A stretch of 64,000 nucleotides of DNA from contig NMRA01000574.1 of the NCBI GenBank assembly GCA_002633005.1, positions 205,485 to 269,484 on the forward strand. The letters are read 5' to 3'. The position numbers and the translations under genes are program-made. The DNA comes from Phoronis australis (taxonomy: Eukaryota; Animalia; Phoronida). The notes below the pieces were generated by a model. It was given only the letters and a program-made list of their open reading frames with translations, did no database searches and was not told the DNA's origin. This document shows positions 11,000 through 22,400 of the stretch, piece after piece; within the stretch, counting starts at the first letter, position 1, and every line of letters begins with the position of its first letter.

Positions 11000-13915
11000 G
11001 TTAAGTGCTTGCTTGATCACCTGTCAAACAGCATCAATGTGGATGTCATTTAGCCAGGCATTTGATGGGAGGATGTCATCATACTAGCAGTCATTTTCTT
11101 TCATCTTGGCAGGTTGCCCTTGGATCTTAGTTTGTGCTTTTCCTTTAGGTGGCTCTTCTCCAAGAGGTGAGAAATAATAATCTATAATCTTGTTGTATTC
11201 TGTGTTCTTAATGTACTTTACCTGTAACAGTGCCACGTGTCGCAGTTGTTGCACTGTATCTTGAAGCCTTCATTAGGTTTTCTACTAGAACAGAAATTTT
11301 TCTTTTCTACTGGCACAAACACTTTCTTGCGTCACCTGCTGTTGTTCTCTGATAGAAAAGGTGTTACTTTTCCATTCTTTAGGCAATAATCACAAGATGT
11401 TGACGCATTCCCTTCAGCTCATAAGTCAGATTATGCTCATACTCTTCAAATACCAGTGATGTTGCAAAAGCAGTGGCACATACACCACGGCTAGAGCTGT
11501 CATTTTGGCGATTCATAGCGACAACATTGAGCGACTTTGTTGTCCTTGGCATGCAGCAGGTCTGTAACCACCTTCAAGAGGTCTTAACCTAGTTTCAGCA
11601 TCATGCTGTCATAAACAGATGCTGTAGAGGGCTCATCCCCAACAGCAGAAATGCATACTCAATGGCTATCATTCACATTAAGAATCTGAATGAAGTCTTC
11701 TTTCGCCACTGTCCACGTCAGACTCTTTTGGTAGACAGGGTTGTACAATCTTTCCACACTCTGATGTGCTTGCCATTTCAGTCGACAAGCGGCATCAATG
11801 TGGATGTCATTTAGCCAGGCATTGGATGGGACGATGGCATCATACTGGCAGTCATTTCCTTTCATCTTAGCAGGTGCTTTTGGTTTGTGGTTTTCTTTTA
11901 GGTGGCTCTTATAGGTTGTTCTCTGTTGTTGTTGGCAAGACTGATGTTGAAATTTGTGAGCGAGAAAACCACTTTCTTTGACGAAAGTTTATTGAGCAAA
12001 ATAAAAACAAAACATTACAAAGATGGCTGGCGGACGCTGAACGCTTTCCTGCTTCTTGTTGTGAAGTCCTTCTTTTCTTTCTCCGAAGCACTGTCCGCTT
12101 GTGGATTTTCTGTGCCATCAATGAATCCAAACAAATTTTGTTGAGGTGAATACCTAACTGTTGGTTGGTGAGATATACCACAAGATTTCAAGAAATCAAT
12201 GAATTAATTTGATACATATTCTCCTCCCCCATCACTGCGTAACGTGCCTATCTTACACCAACAGCAACATCAGTGTGGATGTCATTTAGCCAGGCATTTG
12301 ATGGGACGGTGGCATCATTACTGGCAGTCATTTCCTTTCATTTGAGCTGGTTGCTTTTGGATCTTAGTTTGTGCATATTTTACTCATAGGGGGCGCTTCT
12401 CTTTTAGGCTTATCTCTGTTGTTGCTAGACTGTAGCGCTGGCTGTTGTTTTTCTTGCAGTCGTCTCCTTTCATTTTCTTAGCAGGTGGCTCTTTGTTGAT
12501 CTTAGGTTGCTCTTTTCTCTCTGTCTTGTAAGGTTGTTCCCTGTTTTTACAAGCTTGACCTGGATGGCAGGAACTGCTACATTCTGGGGAGATTGCTCTC
12601 CAATCACAGAAGCAGTTGATGATGGCCCCTCACTCTCATGGGATGATGTCTCCTGATTAGCTGGTGATGGTCCTGAACTGGCAAGCCGTGGCGTGCTACA
12701 ACTCTGAAAAGATTGCTATTCACCACAGAAGGAGGCGATGATGGCCTCTTCACTATCACAGGATGATTTTGACTCCTGTGTAGCCGATGGTATTGGAGGT
12801 TTTTGTTACTTGATGGTGTCATGTGCAGGTAATTCCTCTTCATCCAAAACAGCTGGCCCAGCACCTTGAAAAGGGCTACCCTTGGGGCTTGATCCCATTG
12901 ACCACTTAATAAGGCAGTTCATTTGTTGTTGTGCTCCAAGTTGTGTTCATTTTGTACATGTTTCTGAGCAGGTACATAGACCAAGGAAACAATAGTTTCT
13001 GTAAATCAACTCCTTCCTCAGCCTTCATTTTTTCCAGCTTCTCTTGTACCACACGTCTTCCACTCTCCACTACTCCTTGAGATTGTGAATGATTTGGTCG
13101 GCCACTAGCAAATTATACGTCTGCTCTCAATTGTTTGAGAAGTGACTTCAGGAAGTTGTTGACGAACTTTTGTCCATTATCTGAATAGAAAATGCGTGGG
13201 TGACCCGTGTACAGCAGAAATCTCTCCTGCAGCTTGACTGCTGCTTCATCTGCCTTTTTGGACGGCAATGGAAAAAGTATGTGGAATTTAAAGAAGACAT
13301 TCGCAACATGACTGATGTAATCATATTTACCATCGTGCAACTGTCTCATGTCAGTCAAGTCGATCTGAATACAGTGAAGAAACTCCTTAAAGATGGGTTT
13401 TCAAGGGTGGACGTTCTTTCCCTTTCTTGTAGGTAGGACAGGTCACGCAGAAGGTCTGCACATATGTCTGTGGAATTCCCCAGAATTGCCAGACGACGAT
13501 GTCATTCACCTTTTTTGTAACCGGCATGACCCCCGTCTACCCTATAGATATTTTCCACTTGCCAGAAGGACATCTCCAATAGTGGAAATGCAAACCCAAT
13601 TGCTATCATTCTCATTAACAATCTGAATGAAGTCCGCTTTTGCCACTAGTAACGTCAGACTTTGTTGGTAGACAGGGTTGTACAACCCTTCCACACTAGC
13701 TTGAGAAGCATTAACCCATATAGGATTTTATTATATAACAATTACTGGTGTAAAAAGTTGATGAGGATGATGTGTGTAGCAAAGGTTGAAGTCTTTTCAG
13801 TTGAAAATTTTGATACTACCGAGGGCTGTCATTTCTTCCTCATCTTTTACGTTCATGATAGATTTGACAACAGTTTCTTTAGATTCCAATGTCAAACACA
13901 TGTTAGACGCCATTT
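11000..13915 (-). mobile_element. Ginger-type DNA transposon relic copy 2: HHCC, integrase, Lys-rich region, Ulp1 (C48) protease, PHD finger
   Basis: Integrase 13113-13370 (PRIFYSDNGQKFVNN..GRPNHSQSQGVVE); Ulp1-like 11330-11870 (WLNDIHID, QILNVNDSH, VYDS, RQNDSSSRGVCATAFA); PHD-like IQCNNCDTWH ~11225-11265; many stops and frameshifts. Confidence 0.75.
12135..12262 (-). mobile_element. Ty1/Copia integrase fragment
   Basis: Translates as KIGTLRSDGGGEYVSN*FIDFLKSCGISHQPTVRYSPQQN, the Copia integrase signature. Confidence 0.8.
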
Positions 13916-16148
13916 TGAGTGACCACCTTAGCTGGTTGCCGATGAGTCCTGCGGCAAAGCGTCATCGGATATATAGTGTCTTATAACAATAGGTACTATT
14001 TGACTGACCAATGACCAATCGATATTTTGTCATGGGAGAGTTACCATCGGTCATTGAAGTAATAACTAAGACGAGAGAAAACAGGATATACTTTTTTCTC
14101 TCTGAAATTACGTACAGTGAACCATTTAGTGTTGGCGCACAGCCACTCACAATGCTTTGCAAGATCAGTACATTTACGTAACTATTTCAGAAGTTTTTAC
14201 TGTACTGAGTGTTGGTTTGCATTGACATTAATTTGTACATAAAGCAAACTAATCACTGTAGTACAAGAAAGTCAGCGAAAATTCGGTCTACTAGCACTGT
14301 ACTACACTTCTGTCGCTTATCCGCAAACGGACGTCCCATTTACGGGTTACGTCACGAACACACATGTTGCTTACGTCATAATGCGCAAGTCCATGTAACG
14401 TGCAGGACACCAGTTAATTTTTAAATTCACAGTCGCCAAATAGTACTTGAAAGTAATTAAAACACTTCAAATAATATTGTTTATGGTGCAGTCATGGGTA
14501 CATTCAACAGGTTACATTGACCTTGCACTTTTTGATTAATTTTAAGACACACGCCATCTTCTGTTTATCTTTACTTTTTCAGACGTGTTTTATGTAAGTT
14601 GTGCAACATTGCGTGAAATTGCAGTTCTGTTGTAGGTTATAGTCTTGTAAATTCTCAGTGTTCAATGAACATTTTCCTAAAACACACATCATAGTCACTA
14701 GATTACTGTAGTGAAACTCTTTAGAAGTATACGTACTTAGTGGATTGCTTACAATTTTGTTTATTGTATCCTTTGCTGATGAGTTTTGTCAGGTAATCAG
14801 AGATTGGGATGTACCACAGGTCACTCTAATTTGTTGATATGGTGTTGATGAGTGTGGGGGGGGTTCTATTTGACTGGTGTTCGCCAGGAGACTGATATCT
14901 TCATTAGAAGTGGAACCTTGTATTGGAACTTTTCACTGGTAGTCACAGGTGACTATTTTTTCTGTGCACACCTCGGGTTACTTTGAAAGTTTGTAATAGT
15001 CATTGCTTTATGCACGTCAACTGTACATTAAAGTGTCAAAGGTTAGGCGGACCCTAGAAAAATGTTGTAATTTAGTTAAATTTGGAACGTGGTATCTTAG
15101 AAATGGTTGATTGGATTCCTGTGAAACTGTGCTTTGTGTACTGTTTTCTAAAATGATGTTAAGAATTGTTGTAAAGATGTTCCACTTTTAAATTGGGCAC
15201 TATACAATTACTGGACTTTTATGATTTTTGTGAATATACTTGATTTGCATAAAACAAAAACAAAATGTAGAAACTGGAATTACAGCATTTTTAGATCTCA
15301 TCTTGAACATTTATGTTAAGTAAAATTTGATTATGTTCTTTATACTGTTGTTTTGCCATCAATGTACCTTTATTTTATGGTAAATTTCTGTAAAAAGACT
15401 TGGGCATGTGGCACAAATAATGTCAGATTGATGAAAAGTCAAAAATCAAATTCTACAACCTTTCTGCATTCAGAAAATAAAATACTTTTAGTGAGTTAAA
15501 ATTTATAGTTCTTTAGATATTTGACTTGATATGTAAACTTATGAATAAAGTCTTAATGTGAAAATTCCTCTAAAATACACTTGCAAATCTCACATCATTA
15601 TTTGTGTGATGTGCTCTGTACACTGTTGTCAAGCAATTCAGGAGTTCAAATTTGATTGACAATGTCATGCGCCCAACACGATCGGAAAATGTGAAATATT
15701 CAGCAAGCTATGGGAACTGACATTGATCATCAAAAATGAGGAAGTGCAAAATTTTGAAGTACAGTAAGCTGTGCTCCAATCATGGTAATTTTTATACGCG
15801 CACATTAACATATGTCTGTGCATGTTGTGGTCATCTGTGTCTTGTGGTCATCTGTGTTTGGCATCTGCTGCTGTATCTCGTGAACGCCTTGTAGGATCTG
15901 AATGAGATTTGACAGATGTGTTCCTCTGAAGCTGAGGAAAGATGACAACGAGTTTCAGATCAATCCAACTATTGCTGTCACTGTGCCCCCTAGTGGCAAT
16001 TTTATTTGTTTATGTTTGCCTTTGTATCTTCTGAATTCCTTGGTGGATTTCTTGGCAATTTCCACATAGGTTTCTAACTAGGAGACTATACCTTTCCATT
16101 GTTGGACCAGTTCAATATATTATGGTTAATTTTTGTCTCGCTTATTCC

Positions 16149-16381
16149 AACTGGCTGAGTTCAATGATGGCAGCCGCCTGCTCAAAGCCGGTATTATTTA
16201 TGGCCATGCTGCGAAGAGTCACAAGAAGAGCCGTGCCCGAGTGCTGTCGAATTAAATGCTTACAGGCAACGTCAGCCCTGGAGTTCTGCGCCTTCTGCTG
16301 TCACGGGGATGGTCTGGGGAGGGGATTAATGCACCAGCATATCCCTGATGATCCTGTCCGTGACAGGTATTACAGGTATTA
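16149..16381 (+). mobile_element. 5'-truncated RTE-like LINE 3' end with 12-bp TSD
   Basis: Direct repeat CTCGCTTATTCC at 16137-16148 and 16382-16393; tandem (ACAGGTATT)2 tail after a CCTGTC/GACAGG stem; RLLKAGIIYG resembles the RTE C-terminus. Confidence 0.6.
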
Positions 16382-19050
16382 CTCGCTTATTCCTTGCGCC
16401 TCCTTATTTGCCAAAGAACTCAAAGGATTATTATGAAAATTGCCATACGTGTTCCGGATGAGAAGTCATAGTTGAGATTGATTTTCAGGCAGGTGTGACT
16501 GTAGGCAATGACCATCGCCTCTGTTGGCCCGACTGCTGTAGGGTCTCCTAATGGAAATTTTGTTATTGTTTGTCTGTGGACATATCTCCTTAACCCTTTG
16601 GAAGACCTTTGTGAAATTTGGCAAGTGTTTTCCAATGAATGCGTCAAAGGGCGGCCATGACTTCGACGGAACTAATTACCGTTGTGCCCCCTAGTGGCAA
16701 TTATAGTTACCGTATTACATTTGCCTCTACCTTCAGTGTTCTTGACAGTTTGTGACAAATTTTACAGCACTTCCCAATTTCGAGATTCGAAATATTTTGT
16801 ACCACCTGGAGGTCATTTATGTTATTTGGTCATCTTGAAAGTTACATATGTGTTCACACTGCCAAGAGCTTGGCAGACGTTGATTTTGAAACGGGTTCAA
16901 CTTCTGTCGTGCCCCCAAGTGGCAATTTTGCATCTGCAACTTCATCTCTGAAACTCCTTACGGGATCTTTGTGAAATTTGCCAAGTGTGAATCCTGTTAC
17001 GTGTAACTTAAAACATATCCGACTACCGCTTTGCGCTCTAGTGGAATGTGATTTTTACATTTGCCTCTCGTGTCAGATTAGATTTTCATCAAATGTGGCG
17101 AATAGTGTTCCATTGAGGAGACAATGGCACCTTGATATTTAAATAGTTATATGGTGTTCGAAAATTTGTAGTGTAAAATAAAACAAGGTGTTGTTAAATG
17201 TAGAAGGTGCCTGGCGTACTTTCGTAGAATCAGAACAATTGTTTGCACACCATTTTTCAAATGTACACCCAAGTCTGAATTTGGAAATTTTAACAAATGC
17301 TGTTTACAAGTGAACTGTTACGTATGTCATGGTGTATATTATGTTGTTGGAAATTGTACTTTGCTAATGTTTTGATGAAATACTGTGCTGTATTTGTTCG
17401 TTTTAATAATCGCCTTGTTAATTTTAAAATTATGAAATAAAATAAATACTTAAAACCGTTGCAGTTTTTACTAAAACGAGCTTTCTTTAGGTTATCTTTG
17501 GTAACGAAATTTTATAAAAAGCTAAATGTTGATTACAAAATGTTTTATTTATCCAACACGTACATATTACAATATTATTTTACAGCTATACATTTATTAC
17601 AATGTTACACCTTCTTAAAGAAGTTCAATATTAACTGTACACCTGACCTGAAAGTAGCAGTGTACGTAAATGCCAAATGACTTCAAACTTGGAAGTATCG
17701 CAAACAGAAGACCATCACTTATATTGTGGGGGGGAACCTGTGGGCTGAGATAAGAAAAATCACCTTATGGGCATAAATGAGAAAATAAGCGAACTGAAGG
17801 TACTAAACATTAATTGTAATTGATAAAATTCATGATAACCAATGGCGGAGACTTTACAAAGCACCAAGATAGAGGCTTTTGGCAGTAACTCAACTAACTT
17901 AGTCTATAATGATTAATCCTTGCCATCCTAGACGAACATTATTGTTCGGAATGATGAAGCAACATGCCATTACAAAATCTGTGAAATATTTGATCTCGAT
18001 TCTCTCCCAAGGCACTTTGTGCAGTAAGTAATCTTCATAAATAATTTGGAGGGAACCAGCCCTCTTTAGGATAAAATAACATCTGATCAATAATTTTGTT
18101 CACATTCATAACGAGATGTTTAGTCATGCAGACCAGGTTATGTATTAACAATAATTAATTTATATGTTTCATGCAATTTTTCAGCTACTCATTTACACAG
18201 GTCTCCGCTTAACAATATCCAAGAATAATGGACTACTTCAAGAAACTAATGCCACCTAGTGGTTGGTCCACAAACTGCACGAATAAGGCTTATGAGAGAC
18301 AATGAGGGTTGTAGTGGGTGCACAAACAAAAAAACGAATATTAATTGTAAGGCAATCTATAAAGGTAGTGCTTTTAAAACCTGTGTTTGATTGCCTTGTA
18401 GAGTGTCTTATTAAAAGATCATTTGTGAATGTTTCAACGTGAGAGTAAATTTATCAATTTAAAATTCCATCATAAATTTGGATGTTTACAAATTGTCAAT
18501 TTTCAGAATGATACTGGTACATTTAAACACTGGTTATACCATTGTCTCTTTGCCAAAAAGTGCAAAATCCTTTTGGCTCATCACTGCAGGATGAGTGTGT
18601 AAACCAGCTAAATGTCCGTCATAGACTACTGAATAACTTATTTTGATAACGAATGTGTCCAGTAAACTCACCAATTTCGGATAAAAATAATTTCTTGTAT
18701 CTGCCTTTGTTCATTACTTGGAACATTATTGTGAATGTCCGCAAATTACACAAAATACTGTGACGGCAGCTATGGTGTGCTTGAAGTTGGCAGCAATTAC
18801 TCTGGAGCATCTTATTGCTCATGAAAAATGAGACAATTAAATACGACTCATCAGCCATATTTTAATAGGAAGCCAAAGACACAAATGATAACGACGTTCA
18901 TGATCAACATCTTGCTTGAGTAGCTTAAACCATCAGGTACAAGTGATGATATTACCTGATAATGATTTAAGCTATCAAATCGAAACATTGATCATGAACT
19001 TTATTATCATTTGCGTCGTTAGCTTCCTATTACACTTCTGGCCAAAACTT

Positions 19051-19246
19051 CAAAATCAGCCCATATGTAAACAAATACATTGTATTAATAGGCATGTCAG
19101 TTTAATGTCACTAAATCATTCTCAAGACTACTGTTATCCACCTGGTGAAATATTGTGAACATTTGTCTTGAGAATGGTTTAGTGACAATAAACCGAAACG
19201 TCGTCGATTCATGCAATGTCTTTTGTTTACATATGGGGTGATTTTG
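19051..19246. repeat. Inverted repeat with a minimal hammerhead motif (Penelope/retrozyme-like)
   Basis: Arms of ~77 bp; plus-strand TTGAGAA-T-GGTTTA-GTGACAA-TAAACC-GAAAC-GTC at 19168-19202. Confidence 0.65.
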
Positions 19247-19361
19247 AGTTCTTACTCATATTTTGGCCTAAAACAAATGTGATCAATCTGGCCAAAAACT
19301 AATGTCGGCCATATTTTGTCCCAAACTTCTCATTGTATTACGGCAGTGTCCGTTGACAGTA

Positions 19362-19449
19362 CTACTCAAGAGCGCTTTTAAAGGCAGTAATGACCGTCTT
19401 GATCTTCTTCTCCTTTTCTTTGAAATCCTGGTGCCCAATTACCATCTCA
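19362..19449 (-). CDS. LRRC74: LRRC74-like terminal exon (SEMVIGHQDFKEKEKKIKTVITAFKSALE*)
   Basis: Phase-2 acceptor completes the EF-hand loop (YSE). Confidence 0.8.
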
Positions 19450-22400
19450 CTGGAAAACGAACAATGTAAGAGATGTTACATACCTGTAACGCATAGCCTC
19501 ATCTCGTGAGACTGTGTACTTTCCAGATGAAACACAACGGGTGAGTTTATAGTTACTGGAGCAAAAGCTTAAAGAGCAGTTTAGTATTTAATTCAGCTCG
19601 CTCACTGATTATGTACAACTTGAAGTGGGACCCTGCTGAGATGTCATGCCTCATAGTTCGAGATTTTTAGAAAAACGATTCTCTACAAAAATGAAAGCTG
19701 AGTTTTAGAAATCATAAATTCTGTTAATTAAATCAGTTTTTGGCCACTGTAAGATTAAAAACCGGACGATCGCCGCACATAAAAATTTCAGTTAGCATTA
19801 TCTGCAGACTCTGAGAACCTAATAAGGAATTGCTGTACATTAAAGAGTCATTGGCCATTCAGAACCAGCATGCCACTGATTCTCTGAATAACGTGCAGAG
19901 CTCAGTGACCCTGCAACTATGGTGATGACCAGCTAATGACTATATTCCCTGTATCTCTCACTTCACTTTAAGGATGTTACCTGAGCTGTATTTTGTAAAT
20001 ATGATCCTGATGATGTCTAATGAATAGAATATTTGTGCGGCGGTCGTGCGGTTTTACATTATGTATTTCAGCACATAGGGGAACTCCCAGGATCTGGAAT
20101 TCACCCTTACAGTGGTGTGTAGCAAAATACTTTCTTTGACTAAAATAACATGTCAAGTCCAGCTTTGTTGGCCAACTCTAATTTTTCCCAGAAAAACAAG
20201 AGTCAAAATTAACTGAAAAACCTATACCAGGGTGACAATTTGTTCATGATGGCCAAATATGTCTGAGGGAAAAGTGCCTTCATTGCTTAAACAATCCAGA
20301 TAATGTCTCAGAGGAATCCACTTCAGTCTGGGATGTAAATTCCACACAAGAGAATATAAAACTGCACAACACACGAGCTGTTACACTGTTGTCAGAGAGA
20401 TATCCATTTGAATCTGATACACTACGATAAGTAATTGCTTGATTACCTACGGAAGTTATTAAGAAACACATTGCAATGATGAAACGTAAGAGCAGTAAAC
20501 GCAGAAAGTGAAATAAAATGTATGCACCATGTTGCGCATCAGCAAGTCCCTCAATCTCCAATGAGTTTTTTCACAATATATTTAAATGTGCCTTCACCCA
20601 CAGTAATTCCCCACCAATTTAGCACACAATACGGCTGACAAGTGAAATTCTTTTTGCCAAATTTCACCACAAAAATAAAGATTACGATGATAGTTTCCAT
20701 TATTAGCTTCCTGTCTACTGTGTTGACATGATAAAACAACATTCCGTAAAGTTTCCATCGCTTGCAGCAAGATAACCTGCCTGTTAGAAAATTGCAATTT
20801 TGGCAATTATTTTTGGTCAAAACAAGTGGAGAATTACTGCACTACTTATCAGTTTTTAGTTCTTAAAACAACAATTTTGCAGTATGCCAAGAAAATTTCA
20901 CATTTTACTGAAATTTATACAGTTCAAAGATCAATTATTTCTACAAGGAATATGTTGAGAAGTTGTAGTAACAATTAGGAGCGCAAGACCAAAGTTGTTA
21001 ATAGTTGTGTCAAGGGAAAGCGGAAAAAATGATAAAAAAGAAATGAAGAAAATAATTCTGGTTAGAAGTTAATAGTTGAAAGAATCAATATCAAATTCTT
21101 GAACCAAATCATCTTGAGAAGTTAGATATTGTGCGACATTTCAGGCTTGGAGGCAGTAACTAGTCCACATAGTGGCTTAGAGTTTTGTGGACAGTTCATG
21201 GGTTTCATTCACTCACAACAGAGTTTTTTGAACATGGGGTGCTAGGTCAGTGAAAGTAGTTCCTTGTAAACCCTGCTTTTAGTAATAAAACTAGCCCAGT
21301 TGGACAAGAATCTAAATACAACTTAACAAATGGTTTATGGACCTGGGTGAGATCATTATTTTATTATCCCATGTGTATTCTCAATAGCTATCCCCCACCC
21401 CCCAATGATTTTTAATGTTCAAAATGCAATTATGTGCACTGACTCGTGTAGCGTACCTACAGTGAATGAAAACGGTAAGTGCTTGCACAAAGCTTGCTTT
21501 TAAGAGAGTGAAAAAAATGGCATTGACCCATCATTAAGTAAATACCAGGGATTCTATGTCATGTTGTGCTGTGCATGCAACTTCTTCGACAAATACGATT
21601 GAACTATCGTAAGAATGGCAGTCTTTTTTATAAGTATCGACCTTGAATTCTTAAATTTGAGTAACTCTCAATGCAAATGGTTCCAATATTACTTGAATCT
21701 AACACTGCATTTCACTCTCTTTAGTTGGCTAAAAAAATGAAAATCAAGCTTTTATTCTGACTCATAAAATCAGTCTAATAGTCCTTTCCACGATAGGATT
21801 CCATTTCAGTTAACAACATTGTAACTACCATCAGTGACTCAAGAAAAAGGTTCAGTTTATATCATTGGGTTTCCCACCCTAAAATTGTGAATTCCAAAGT
21901 GGGGAATGCACTTCCAAGCAATACTTTCTGTGCAGACACGCAGTGTTAGTGAGTGCAATGTACTTGTCATAGCCACCACTGGTTTGCACCCACAGTTCTG
22001 ACACACAAAATCCGCATGAACGCCGGGGCTGGTGGTGAGATATTCACGACACACAGCGGGATGGAGGTCAAGAGGGTAGGTGCAAGACTAGCTAAAGAAC
22101 ATGAACAGTATTGGAGAGAGTGGTAGCAGGGGGGTGGGGGNGGGATTTGTAGCGTGGAACTGAGTGCTGTGGAATCACAGCAAGTGAAAATACTGATAAC
22201 ATCATGTGTATGACAACAGCGAACATGACAATAATGGTTTATATTAATAAATAATAAAACTGGCCAACTGTTTGTTAAGATAGACCGATAGACACCATGA
22301 ATACCATAGTTTTGGTTCATCCCTTTTCATTATACTAGAAGTAAGACATTGCATGACTTGATTTTTTTTAGATTTTAACTGAAATTGCAGTGATAAAGGG

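Noticed and set aside
16335-16375. CTGATGA plus hairpin as a hammerhead
   Set aside because: No GAAA follows the stem; better explained as a LINE 3' stem-loop and tail.
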